Shown: positions 24,019 through 36,058 of the stretch, one piece after another
Numbering within the stretch: position 1 is the stretch's first letter
How the letters are laid out: the number at the start of each line of letters is the position of its first letter
Assembly (NCBI RefSeq): GCF_036321535.1
Contig: NC_087438.1
Span: 9,550,001-9,614,000, forward strand
Reading direction: 5' to 3'
Length of the DNA: 64,000 bases
Origin: Camelus dromedarius
Taxonomy: Eukaryota
The notes under the pieces: generated by a model
What the model saw: only the letters and a program-made list of their open reading frames with translations
What the model was told of the DNA's origin: nothing
The model's database searches: none
Made by a program: the position numbers and the translations under genes

Positions 24019-26954
24019 TCTAAGAATTCTTCAAACTCACCAGGACCTATAATCTATTGATTCGATTTCCTTTTTACTTTGCTCACCCATGATCTCCTCT
24101 CTTCATTCCTTATGCTGCTTAAGTCCCATGTTCAATTATCATAGGCACTTGCCTGCATGGACCTTCATCTCCCTCACTCATCCCTTGCTTCTTGTGTCAT
24201 CAGTTTCCTTCATCCCACTCTTTCTTGAAAAATTCATATCATGTTTTTGCCTCCACAACTCCATAGAAACTGTGCCTCTTGAGGTCACCATCATTGCCAT
24301 TTTGCTAAATCTAATGGTCAGTTCTGGGTCCTTATCTTCCATGGCCTATCAGCAGAATTTGACAGAACTGATCATGACTTTCTTTTTGAAACATTGTCTT
24401 CTCTTGGCTTCCAGGACATCTGATTTTCTTTATTGTCCTCAAATCTGTCTCAGTCTCTTTTGCTGTCTTTTAAGACCCAAGTTTCAGAGGAGGATTTCCC
24501 CAGGACATATCTGTTGGACCTCTTCTACATCCACTTCCCGGTTGATCTCAGCCACCCTCATAGCTTCAAGTATCATCTATTCATTGATGGTTTCTTACCT
24601 TGTATCTCCAGCTCCAACTTCTTCCCAGAAACCCAAACCCACATCTCCAGTTATCTACTTGATATCTTTCATGACATATTTAGTAAATGCTTCAAACTTA
24701 ACATGCTCAAAACTAAGCTGCTAATATTTTGCTGAAACCAAATCCTCCTGCAGCTTTCCCCATATCAGTTAATAGCAGCTCCATTCTTGCAGTACATGAG
24801 CCAAAATCAAGTAGTTTTATTTGTCAGGATTTTTTTCTTTACACTACGTGTCCAATATGTCCAAAACTCCTGTTTGTTCTACCTCCAGCATACATCCATA
24901 GTGTGATCATTTCTCACTAACTTCTCTATCCACTTAGTACAAGTCACCATAATTTCCAGCCTGGTTTATTCTGGTAGCTTCCTATTTAATCTCACGTCTT
25001 CCACCCTTTCCTCTGTATAGTCTGTTTCCAACACAGTATAAGAGCAATCTTATTAAACTATGGCAGGCCAGGTCCTCCATTTACTCTAAACCCTCAAATG
25101 TCTTCACATCTCACTCAGAGAAAACAATAAAATTCTTATCACCTACAGGCTCATACGCTTTCTGACTCCACATCACCTCTCTCATCGATTCTCCTACTCT
25201 TCCTTCTCTCACTCCTCACTGAAGGACTCGATGTTCTGCAGCCATACTTGAGATGGTACAGTCTCATCTCAAAAAGTTTGTGTTTGCTCTTCTGCCTGCC
25301 TGAAAGCCTTTTATTCTAGAAATCTAGATACCTGCCTGGATGTCTCCCTCACCTCCTTTATTCAAAGGCATCCCTCAGGGATGTCTTTTCTGGTCATCCT
25401 ATATAAGTTTCAGTGCTGTCCCACGTTCTTTTTTTGTGCCACCCGAGATTCAGGCTTTCAGCCGGAGCAACACTAGCAATGGTGATGCTACTCCCATGGT
25501 CAGTAATCCAGGTCACTGCCATTACTGTAGATTGAGGGACAAGCTGTAGCAGTAACTCCCAGGCCTTCTTGTTGTGCATAATTGCTACCTCAACATCTTA
25601 CCTTTTCCATTCTTCACACACCTCTCACCACCTACCTTGCAACCTCTGTACAGCCACTAAAGCTAGAGACACCACGGGAGCTGGTCAGTATGCTGCAGGC
25701 ACAACCTGAAGCCATCAGATACCCTCCGCTCCTCTTCTTCTCCCTGACATGCTGCTCAGAGACACGTTTGCTTCACATATGCCCTCTGAAAAGGCCCTGG
25801 GAGCTGGGAAAGCAAACGACTGCTCAGCCACAAGCAGTAGCAAGTTCAGCGAACACATTTTCTTATATTTACTCTCTTAGAATGGTCCATGTTATTTCCC
25901 AAAAGCATCATTCTCGGTGCATCACTCTCCCAGTTTAAAAACCTGTCCTTAGTTCCCCTTCTTCTGTAGAATAAACCACCAGGTTCTTAAGGCAGAATTA
26001 AAGTTTGGTAACAATCTCCAGTCTTTCTCTTGTTTGTCTGGTGTTGCAGCCAAAATAAACCAATCACCATCCCTAGACTACATCCAGAAGTTTTCTACCT
26101 ACATGTCTTGGCTCAGAAGTTCACCTCCTCCAGGTGGTGACCCTCATTTCCTCCTATCAAAATGATTTCTGTATTTTCATGATCTGGATTAAAAGTCACA
26201 TCCTTCACTTCCACCCCAAATAAATGATTCACATTTCCCTGTGTAACAACTTATAATGCTATTCTGGTATTGTTATTTATGAATTAATTTATATCTTTTT
26301 TCTTAAAGTCTATACTCCTTGGGGGCAAAGACAGTATTTTCTATCTCTGCCTCCCTTGTAGTAACTAATTAAATGACATGAACATATTACATTTGCTTTA
26401 AAAAAAAAAGCTAACTCTAATCAAATATCAGGGCAGGCTATCCAGCAATAGCCAAAGAGTCCAGCGGGTTTTAGACTGTGTGGGGCCCAGGAATGCCACA
26501 GAGAATTAGAAAAGAGCAAGAGAACTGGGGTCATGTTGATTGAATTCTGTGTCTACCATTTAACACCTGTGCAGTTTGGGGCAAGGTTTTGTTTTTTTGT
26601 TTTTTTGGTTTTTTTTTAATGAATCTCTGGCCCCTCCTACTGCATGTCATGCACATATACATAGATAGCACATATAGATAATTGTATCTACCACATATGA
26701 TTGTGTTGACAGTTATGTGCCTTTCAAAATGCCTGGCCCAGACCTCAGACCTCATGTCCTGATTCTGTTCTAAGCACCAAAGACCCAGGTCTCTCTGTGT
26801 CACCTCTGAGGATGCAGTTTAGGGTCACAAAGGCAGTGACACAGAGAGGCTCTTTCCCCCATTGGGCATGGAATGAGCCACGTTGGCTGGTGAGGCTCCA
26901 GGCAGTGTCTTTTCCCCAGACCCACAAGCCCTTCATCTCAAAGACTTGCCACTG

Positions 26955-26968
26955 ACAGCAGAGGGCGG
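26955..26968 (+). promoter_or_regulatory. Candidate CTCF site
   Basis: ACAGCAGAGGGCGG matches CCASCAGRGGGCRS at 13/14 positions, outside recognisable repeats. Confidence 0.45.
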
Positions 26969-28258
26969 CTTGAGCGTGAGAAGCCTTTCTTACCTCTCCC
27001 TGTTCAGTTCTGTAGAAATGCACGTCCTGAGAGACGTGCAGCCATAAAAAGAGGATGTGCTCTTTTAAGTAATCAGCTGAGCAGAGCATGTGGAAAATAA
27101 ACTCAGAAAAGAGGAGGGGGCCTTCACCATGTTTTCTGTATTTATTTCTCTCAAAATGGCTAAACGCTTTCATAGAATTGTGCAGAGTTTTGAGGTGACA
27201 AAGAGGAAACAGTGATGCTAGTACAGAGTACGAAGTAGGATGAAAAGCAGAAGGAGTTATTTCCTTGTCTGTAAGAAGAATAACACAAGAACTGCTTTTG
27301 CTTTTGATAATGATGTTAACATGCCGATATAAATGCATCTTGTCTTCAAGCTTGAGATCTCATGTCATGGTAATGGAGGTTTAGGTGATGTTTATAATTA
27401 TACAAAATTGCATGGCTGAGAGTGGGAAAGAGCTGAGGCAGACCTCACTGACAACACAGATGAGGAGGAAACACAGAAACACTGTGTTAGGAATCAATAC
27501 AATCCCTTGTGAAATAGAGCATCTCACACACAAGGATGCATGGACCCAACTCACTGATGGCATTAGCTACTAATGCCATGGTAAAGAATTGTGTCATTTT
27601 GTTTTGAATAAAAAAATCACTCTGTCACTCAACTTCAAAGAAGTCATTTTAAGCAAAAAGAATACCATGTGTTTGTGTTTTAAAAATCCATTTGAATATC
27701 GGTATATATGTAAATGTTTAGAAAACTTTCTTGTAGGATCTCCAACAAGCTGTGAATAAGATTTACCCCTGGGGATGGCAGTGGAATTGGGTGGAAATAG
27801 GCTTTTAAGTTTTATTTGTCATGCCTCCTTATTACTCTGATGTTTAATTTGAACATATTACTTGTGTAATTTTTTAAATGTAAACAGCAAGAAAACCAGG
27901 CTCCTAGTCTCTGAGGATGATGAATAAGGACCTTGCATGTCCATCTGAGCTAGAGAGTTAAATGAGCCAGGAGGCCACCCAGAGGCTAGGGGACAGGAAA
28001 CAGATGTGTATTAAAGTAACTCAGGCAACCCTAAAATTCACTTTTCATAGCAAGGATTTTACCAAAAGCAATTAACAGTACATGTGCCAAGTTACTTCCC
28101 TTTATAAGGAATGTGGCTGACCTATGTGATTATGCTTTGTGTACTCAGAACTTCCTGAAGCTATTGCCCAAGGATAATGTTTGAGCAGACAAAGACGCTT
28201 CAGCTTTTTTTATATTAAATTTATACACAGATATTTATGTACACACATATGTACTTGC

Positions 28259-28311
<53 letters not shown>

Positions 28312-28316
28312 TATAC
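28259..28316. repeat. (TA)n microsatellite
   Basis: Directly visible. Confidence 0.95.
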
Positions 28317-28319
28317 ACA

Positions 28320-28512
28320 CAGTTGTCTGCGGGAGATTGGTTCAGGACCCACCAACGATGCCAAAATCCACTGACGTTACAAGTCTCATAGTTGGCCCTC
28401 TATAGTCGTCTTCCGCATCCATGGATTCAACCAATCACAGGTCACTTAGTACCATAGTACATATCTAGTGAAAAAGTCCACAGATAAGTGGACCCACACA
28501 GTTCAAAACCCA
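28320..28512 (+). mobile_element. TcMar-Tigger non-autonomous element (MER8/MER2-like)
   Basis: cagttgtc..gattggttcaggaccc..ccaaaatcc..ccgcatccatggattcaacc..ataagtggacccacacagttcaaaccc. Confidence 0.75.
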
Positions 28513-29404
28513 CGCATAGACAGATAGATAGATGTCTGCATATGGAGGTATAAGGTATATTTATACCTAAGACTTGCTCAGCCATCGACTCTATCACACA
28601 TAATTTACTCCCTGTTTATCTTGTAACCCCAGCATTTAGAACAGTTCCTGGGATGTATTACATGGTCCATAAATTTGTTTCATTGACCTGTAATCTTTAC
28701 AAGTTCCATTTTAGGATTTAACAGATCCAAAGAGAAAAAAAAAAAAATCTCTTAATGAGATAAGGACAAAAATTTAGAAAGCTGACCCTGACATCTAAGA
28801 AAGAATCACTTTCTTTTTCAAAGGAACAAAGTCATGAGCAAGAAGGGTAAAAGCAAGCCCTGAATGTGCCATAAACATTCTTCTAATCTATCAATTTCTG
28901 GTTCAATAGAAACTAGCAAGCAGGAATACAGTTTTTGCCCCTTAAAGGTAATCCAGATTGATTCCTGAGGAAACCGAGAGACAGAAGCCATACGTGGGAA
29001 CCCTCACACAGTGTGCGGCGAGTCCCAGACCAGGCGCCACGGAAGGACAGCAGCACCAGTGACCCCTCCACTGACCGGCAGAAAGGGACGCCCAGTAGGC
29101 ATGCAGGTATGGTCAGCACTAAAGGGAATGGCTACAAAGGCGAAGTGTTCACTCATTCAGATTTTTGCATGTTTACTATGTTCCAAGTGGGATGCATTAA
29201 AAATCCAAGAAGGCAAAAATCTCTGTCATTAGGGTCTAGTGAACGGAGACAGGCAATAAAATGTACACACAATCAATAGCTTAATTATATAGTGAATTAG
29301 TAGGTGTTAATTGTCATGGAAAATAGAGCTGGGCAAGTGGAACCGGAAGCGTATGGGGTGGGGGGATGTTGCAAACATCAATAGTGCGGTCAAGTCAATG
29401 TCAT

Positions 29405-29899
29405 TGTCAACTAAAATAAAATCACACAACAAGAGCGCTGTGGGTTAAGTTTTATTTGGGGGAAAAATGAGGACTATAGCCCAGATAGCTCTGAGAAACT
29501 GTTTCAAAGGGGCAGGGGGAAAACTCAGTATTATATATGATTTCAGTGAGGAGGGTACATGCAGTCCAACACATGTTTAGGTAGAGGCTTGCCGCTAGTC
29601 GCCAGGAACAGGTGTCACTGTTAACGATTTTAGTGCTATTCTAGATATAAGGAGACGCAAGAAATGGGCTCGTAAAATTTTCTCCTGAAAATATCTAACT
29701 ATCTGAAGGTCTGTTTAGCCAGTTTTCCCAGAGCACCGAGCACCTCCTTCCTGACCTCCGTCCTGAACTCCTTCCCGGGTGTGTTGGAGGTCAGTGGCTG
29801 CAGCGGCGCATGATTTAATCCAGGCAGAGGTAGATGGCCAGTGCCGACGTGATCCAGTCCTTGTAGAGGCAGACGGCACGTGCTAGTTTTTAGTTAGCA
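29405..29899 (-). mobile_element. Lineage-specific ERV1-type solo LTR
   Basis: TG..CA termini, antisense AATAAA (ttttatt ~29450), retained CpGs, flanks tcat/tcct. Shares blocks with the LTR at 63531-63977. Confidence 0.78.
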
Positions 29900-31057
29900 T
29901 CCTGAAGATGGCAGCCCTGTGAACAAGCACAGAAAAGAGTAACAGACCCGGGGAGGAACTCAATGTTGAGGGGGAATGATTAACTAAAAGAGATGAGCAT
30001 TTAGACCTAGACATACAGCGGTAGCCGGAGAAACTGGAAAACCAACTGAAAAAATAGTTGAAGATGAAACTGGAGAGCACTGTAATAGAGAAGCCTGGAA
30101 CTGGAACCCTCTAGAGAAAGAATGTCCTAGGTCACAGGTGATGAAGGGAGTGGCAAGATGGTTCCTTATTTCCCTTATTCAGCCTCCCAGGACAGAGGAC
30201 AAAGCACTGTAGTGGACCCCAGAACACTCATTTTGGTTTATACTCCTATTAATATTAATCGAACACTTACAAAATTATTGCCATACTAACTTATATTCTA
30301 GGAAGCCCGGGTACGTCTGCACAGCATGATATTTAAAAGAGGAAGAAAATTTATACTGCTGAAGGCCGATCCTTCTAAAAGAAGTGCCAGCTTCTGGGAG
30401 GAAGGTCAGTGGGTCTCAGGGCTCTGGGCTTCTGTGGGCTTTCTATGTCTCTCATAGCTAGCTGGAGTAAACTTGTCTCTTCCCTGCCTGGGTTGGTGTT
30501 CTCCAACATTTTTCCAGCAGTGTGCAAAGGTTTCTTCTGTATCTGTCATTGTGAAGCTCAAATGACACTACAGTTACTGTTTACGACTGTCAGCATGGCT
30601 ATTATGGAGAAGGATAGAAGATGGTGTCTAAGGGAACCCAGAATCTACATCTTGTTAACGAGGCTCCTTAAGGCTAACTGCACAATCATAACAGTCGACA
30701 GAGCAAGTCAATTTTCTGAGTATCCAATTTCAGGGTCCAAAACACGGAGATGCAAATAGGAACTGGCCCATCAGACAGCTGCAGTACATGTTAGGTATTT
30801 TGGGAGGTGCTGAATGTGGAAAGTTAGACACAGATCCATGCTTGATTTGTCACATTGCAATAAGAGAGTTAAGAGTGAGCAGGTGCTCACAAGTACAGAA
30901 CACTACAGAAGACGTGTGTGCAGAGCCTTTTCAATCGGAGATGAAGAGCGCTATAATGTGATGGAGGACAGGATGGAGAAAAATGGTACAGAAGGTGGTC
31001 TTGACAAGACTTGGCAAATAACTAGTTCACTAGACAAATAGAGGGGAACATTTCAGA

Positions 31058-31111
31058 TGTGTGTGTGTGTGAGTGTGTGTGTGTGGAAAAGGGAGGGGGT
31101 GGGGTGGGGGG
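31058..31111 (+). repeat. (TG)n tract followed by a G-quadruplex motif
   Basis: tgtgtg..gtgtgg aaaa GGG a GGGGG t GGGG t GGGGGG. Confidence 0.85.
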
Positions 31112-31961
31112 AGACTGTAAGCACAGAGGCCGGAAAATGCATGACTAGAGAAAAGATAAAAGGTTTTGTAAAACTATTTTCCATGTCTAGCCCCATGTCA
31201 AAAATGTTATATAAGGAGCTTTGAATAGATAGGTGTTTGAATTTTATTTTTAAATTATTAAAATATTTTGATGCACGTTCAAAGACATTCTAGGTAAGAG
31301 TTAATAACATGATTCTGCAAAGTGAGTAAACTTGCAGAATTTGGAACGACGTTTAGCACTGAAGTTTTATATCTCACAGAGCCCCAGCTAGTGAGAGAAT
31401 GAACTCTGCTCCAATCCGCCTTGTCTCCCACTTAGCCTGGCTGATAAAAGGCAAGGTATCAATCAGGAAAGAGCATAACTACCTAGTGCTTTAGGGAGAG
31501 ATACGGACACCTAGCAAGAACATGAAACCATTATGGAATCATTTGAGTTTGGATGAGCATAGGTCAAAACCATAACTTTTCGAAAAATGTCATTGGCATA
31601 GAAATCAGACTCTAGACTGAAGGGATACAATTCCCTAAAAGGTTTCCAACTTTCTTCTCTTTAAGACTGAGATATTAAGTATTCCTTAAAAGCTATGCTA
31701 TTTAGATGCACAAAATCAAAACACTCAATACAAAACAATTTCAGCTGCAGAGCACACATGCCCAACAAATGCTCTAGTCCCTTCTCTGTAACTGGTGTCA
31801 GCGTTAACCAGTTAATCAAGGAAGGTGACCTCCAGCATCACTGACTCATCCCTCTTAGTCCTACAGCCTTCCCACCTCCAACAGAAGTCTCTCCTCCTTT
31901 CCATTCCTTTTCAGGGGCTCATCTCCAGGTAAACCAAGAGAGCAACTGATGTGGAAGACAG

Positions 31962-32063
31962 AACAGCAAGGTGATTAAAAGCTGACACTCCTGGATTCTG
32001 TAAATGGGGATCTGAATCTTGGTCTGCTACCCACCCACCAGCCGTGTGACCTTGAAAAGTAAC
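31962..32063 (+). mobile_element. MIR 5' fragment
   Basis: acagcaaggtgattaaaagc..tctgaatcttggtctgctac..gtgtgaccttgaaaagtaac. Confidence 0.6.
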
Positions 32064-32068
32064 AACGT

Positions 32069-32228
32069 GTAGACACATTTCTGATTGCCATAACTGTGAG
32101 GGTGCTAACAGCATCTATGCGCAGAGGCCAGCAACGCTGCTAAACATTCTACAGTGCACAGGCCATCCCCTTGCAGTACAGAATCACCTGCCCCCAAGTG
32201 TCAGTTGTGCTGAGGTTGAGAAACGCTA
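32069..32228 (+). mobile_element. MER20 (hAT-Charlie) fragment
   Basis: gggtgctaacagcatcta..agaggccag..gctgctaaacattctacagtgcacagg..gtgctgaggttgagaaac. Confidence 0.85.
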
Positions 32229-32231
32229 ATC

Positions 32232-32760
32232 TGAGTCACTATCAGCTATTATCTGGATGATTTCAGTACTTCCTCCTGAGCAGGTCTCTGCCTGCCTCTC
32301 CAGCCAGAGTCATCTTTACAAAATGTTAGTTGGTCCAGGGCATATCACTCTCAACCCTTCAAGGCTCCTCATCACATTTAGAATAAAATTCAAAACTCTT
32401 GCCTCCCCGCCCCAAGGCCTACATGAGCTGGCCCCTGAGTCCTGCTCTGACGCCTTTCCACCTCCCTTCCCTTGCTTCAGCTCCACATTCAGGGGCCCTG
32501 ATCAGAGATGCCGTCCTGGACCACCCTACCTAAAATTGCACCCCTCCCCTCATCACCCATCACAGTCATCCTGCTGTATCCTTCTTTACAGAGCACATCA
32601 CATCATCATATATTACAAATATATTTTGTTTGCCGTTTGTCTCCCACACTGGGCAGCAGGAGATTTTCGTCTGCTTTTACCCCATTATATTCCCTGCACG
32701 TCAAGCAATACTGCTACATAGCTCATACTCCATAAATGTTTGCTAAATCAATGAGTGAAT
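32232..32760 (+). mobile_element. L2 3' fragment
   Basis: catcacatttagaataaaattcaaaactctt..caaggcctacatgagctggcccctg..ataaatgtttgctaaatcaatgagtgaa. Confidence 0.75.
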
Positions 32761-33704
32761 TCTGCTTGCAACAGGTTTATGAACATCTATGTAGCTGACC
32801 TGGGTTATTTTAAAGGATGGCAAGGAAGGTATAGTGGACTGGTAGAATCTAAGTTTCCATCTGTGGGCTCCTAGGCCATTTACTAGATGGCATTAAGCTA
32901 TTGGTTTATATTATTTCTTTCCACCATTAAATTACATGTGTCCTAAGGAGAGGCATGGAAACTTTTTAACTTTCCATTTCCCAGAAAACCTAGTTCTATG
33001 CCTAAATCATAGCAGTTGGCTAATAATAGTTTGTTGAAAATAAAAAAGAAAACATTGTCAGATGTCTTATGCCAAAATGTGCATAATGAAATTAATGTAA
33101 TAGCTGTGAGTTAAGGAAAATGGCTACTTAGAAATCTCTGTTTTAAATAATATCTTGACATGATACTAATAGGTTAATTATCTTACTGTACAACATTCAT
33201 TATGGATACTCAGGGTTTTTTTAGTTCTATGTTTTATAGTATCTGCATTCCACCGTTGCAGATGTGAATAGTTTTGTATCAGCCGCATATAGCAGTGTTT
33301 CTTTCTGGGAAAAGGAGAAAAAAAAAAAAAACCCTTACCACAAAAAGGGAGACTATGTTTCTTTCCTGTAGTTTTAAGTCTTTAGCAATTCTTCCTTTGA
33401 AACATCTTCTAATATATAAAGTTTTCTGAGAAACTTTGAGGAAATGGAGCAACATATTATTCACAACTGCAAACAATTTTATATTTTCTATGAGCTTTTA
33501 TATTCTCGGTGGTGGATTTGAGGTGATTTCTTAATCAGAAATATGTTTGAAATGCAAATTGCCACCTGACTTTCAGTGTTATGAGCATCCAATATTGCCC
33601 CACTTCTCATCCACTATCTCCCTAAGGCTTCCCCCAGTCATCTTTGCCCGTTCTACATCTTTGTATCTCTATAAACTTTTACTTCAATTCTAGAATATGT
33701 AGAA

Positions 33705-34285
33705 TGTCAAAGCAAAAATTGCAGGGGATACAAGTAGGCAGGCAAGGAAGACTTTATTCAGTCTACTGCAATGGAGGATAGAACCTAAAGGAAGTGACTC
33801 CACTGGGGGAAAAAAAGACAGGAGGGTCTTTAAGCACTAAGGTGAACTGATGGAAAAGGCTGGAGGGCGGTAGGGGTGAGGCTGATCAAGGGGATACACT
33901 GAACACATTGAGTCATTCCCATGTTTGTGAATGGCTTTCTCTGCAACTATACTATTCGCTTGCTAGTTGATACCCATCCAAGTCAGGCCCCCACCTCCCA
34001 CAGGGACAGGAGATAGGGCCAGAGAGATGCTATGTTACTTGATTTTTAACTTTCAAAGAGATGGTTCCTCAGGTCCTTGAGAAAGGCATTTCCTGGGTTG
34101 TAAAACTGGCCGGTGAGAGACTAGGATACGATTTACATCCATTTCAAGGGGCAGAGAAAGAATTTACAACTGCTAGTTTTCTAAGGAAAATGCTCTAAGA
34201 AAAGGAGCATCCGGGGCCTATAGTCAGAAAGAAATCTGCCTTAAGTTTAGCCACGCTGAGGAGAACACTGAGTCTGTCCTGGTCA
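33705..34285 (-). mobile_element. MER31-like ERV1 solo LTR
   Basis: tgtcaaagcaaaaattgca..ggcaaggaagactttattca..caggtccttgagaaaggcatttcctgggttgtaaaactggc..ggcctatagtcagaaagaaa..ggtca. Confidence 0.8.
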
Positions 34286-34499
34286 GGATGGCATCATTAC
34301 AACAGCCGCAGATGCATACATTTCAGGCACTAGAGATGCTGACTGCGAGATCCTATTAATGAGTTCCTGTTCTCATTTCCATAAAATCATCCACTGTGAT
34401 TTGGATGAATTTGTGTGTGTGTATGTCTTTATAAAAGTATCATTTGGGATTTTGAAAGAGTTGTTTTTCTTGCTAGCAAGGCACTGAGCACTTGTGCCG

Positions 34500-34798
34500 C
34501 AGGTGGGCCTTTTGGGAGGTCATTGGGTCATGAGGCTAGAGCCCACAGGATGGCTTGCTGGCCTTGTAAGAGGAGGCCGGGGGCTAGCTGGCTCACTCTC
34601 ATCCACATGAGGACACAGTGAGATGATACAATGATCAGAGGGTGAAACCTAATTAATTAGAGGGCAGTCTTCAACTGTAAGAGAACCCAGTCAAGCACCC
34701 TGATCTGGCCCTTCCAGCCTCCAGAACTGTGGGAAATAAATGTCTGCTGTTTAAAGCACCCAGTCTGGTATTTTGTTACAGTGTCCCTCACTAAGTCA
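34500..34798 (+). mobile_element. MLT1A/MST-like MaLR LTR, partial
   Basis: gggccttttgggaggtcattgggtcatgagg..ccagcctccagaactgtgggaaataaatgtctgctgtttaaagcacccagtctggtattttgttac. Confidence 0.8.
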
Positions 34799-34891
34799 CT
34801 GCTACACGCTCCGATGATGCCCGATTTATAGTCACCTTTTCTTCAATACTATCATCAATATTGCCATCACTATTATCAAGAGTGTTATCAG

Positions 34892-35379
34892 TAAGTGGGC
34901 TCCGGTAGGACTAGCAGACCTCGTTTTGTGAAGGAAAAACAAGGCTGGTCTAACAAGATAATTCACAGGTCTAAGAATGTGAAGGAGAGGCTGGGCTGGG
35001 CTAACAAGTCTAAGTATTGGGATACTGATCTGAGTTCTGCTGGACTAACTTGTAAATCTAAGTTAATTAGTGTTGGTTTGCTGTTTCTGTGTTTTTGCTA
35101 GTCAGCTGGGTTTTCAAAGATACATACCTGGCTTTGGAATGTTGGTTTGCTGCCTCCCCGCCTCCACTTTTGTGATGATAATGCTGCTAAAGCTGTTCCA
35201 TGCCTATTGGCCGAATACCCCAAGCTTGTACTTTACCCTATAAAACCTCATGTGCACATCTTGAAGGTGCTCAGAGCTTCGGAGCAGAAGCCCCTCTGAG
35301 CCCGCCGGCGTAATACATCTGAGTACTCCAACCCTCCGAGTGGTGCTTGTTTCTTGACTGTCCTGTCATTTCCGTAACA
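34892..35379 (+). mobile_element. Relatively young solo LTR, probably ERV2 (betaretrovirus-like)
   Basis: ATTGG (CCAAT) near 35206, TATAAAA at 35239-35245, R-region ctcagagc..gcccgccggcgtaataca..ctccgagtggtgcttg, ending TAACA. Many CpGs are retained, and 6-bp flanks tatcag/tttcag are present. The 5' end could instead be TGTTA at 34883. Confidence 0.72.
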
Positions 35380-36019
35380 TTTCAGCAATAATCCAAAGCA
35401 GAAATCTCAAGGACAGCAGCAAACCTTCCACTGAGTCTCCTTTCCTCTGCTGCGCCAGGCCTGTGTCTGAGCATGTTAATTGTAAAAACCTCAATGGAAT
35501 TTAGAGGGCTCTCCCTGGAGCATAACAGGTCCTGCATCTCATAAGACTACATTCAATTAGGTTTCTAAAATTGAAAAGTCACTGCCAATTCTGTAATTTA
35601 AGTAACTGAGTGCCCGAGGAAAGAAGGGACACTGCGCTGGGAAGGGAATGCAGACCTTCAGGCTGGTCCCTCATTTTGGCTGAGCCGATTCTCAAGGGTG
35701 GAGATAGTGGTGGTGTGTGCCCTCCTGCTTCTCCAGAGAAGCCAGCAAGATTGCGATCCCTCGGTTTGAGACTACGGCCTCTTGGGTGCACAGGGCACAG
35801 AATGAAGCCCGCAGAGACTTCGACTGCTGACCTCATTCTCTACCTGCTCATCAGGAAAAGTAATACGCTCTGTTCCTCCAAATTAATCTTCTAAGTCATT
35901 AAAAAGAAAATAAATCTCATGCAAGCGGATCTTCAATGTAATGACAAAATTAACTGGGTAAGAATGAAGGACAGAGGTTCCCAAGATCATAAGAAATAAA
36001 AGTCCATATAACAGAGGCA

Positions 36020-36058
36020 GATATATATATATATACATACACACACACACACACATAT
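36020..36058. repeat. (TA)n(CA)n microsatellite
   Basis: Directly visible. Confidence 0.9.

Larger units (their letters stand above)
22480..25350 (+). mobile_element. Long L2 LINE remnant with endonuclease and RT fossils, interrupted at 22980-24018
   Basis: 24250-24380 reads HNSIETVPLEVT../AKSNGQFWVLIFHGLSAEFDRTDH (L2/CR1 RT: HSTETAL..LDLSAAFDTVDH). ORF 24433 has FKYHLFIDG (YADD motif) and LNMLKTKLLIF. 22560-22690 resembles the APE LTETWL..GGGVG region. Confidence 0.85.

Noticed and set aside
24089..24724. Longest ORF (211 aa) as a gene
   Set aside because: It lies inside L2. Only a short stretch is in the RT frame and the catalytic YADD is lost (FIDG, in another frame), so it is a fossil.
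26745..27338. 197-aa minus-strand ORF
   Set aside because: No recognisable domain, random-like composition and no convincing exon boundaries.
29011..29107. CpG-rich plus-strand exon (cacag|..cag|gtatgg) or REST site
   Set aside because: The acceptor has a poor pyrimidine tract, the peptide is unrecognisable, and the match to the RE1 consensus is only partial.
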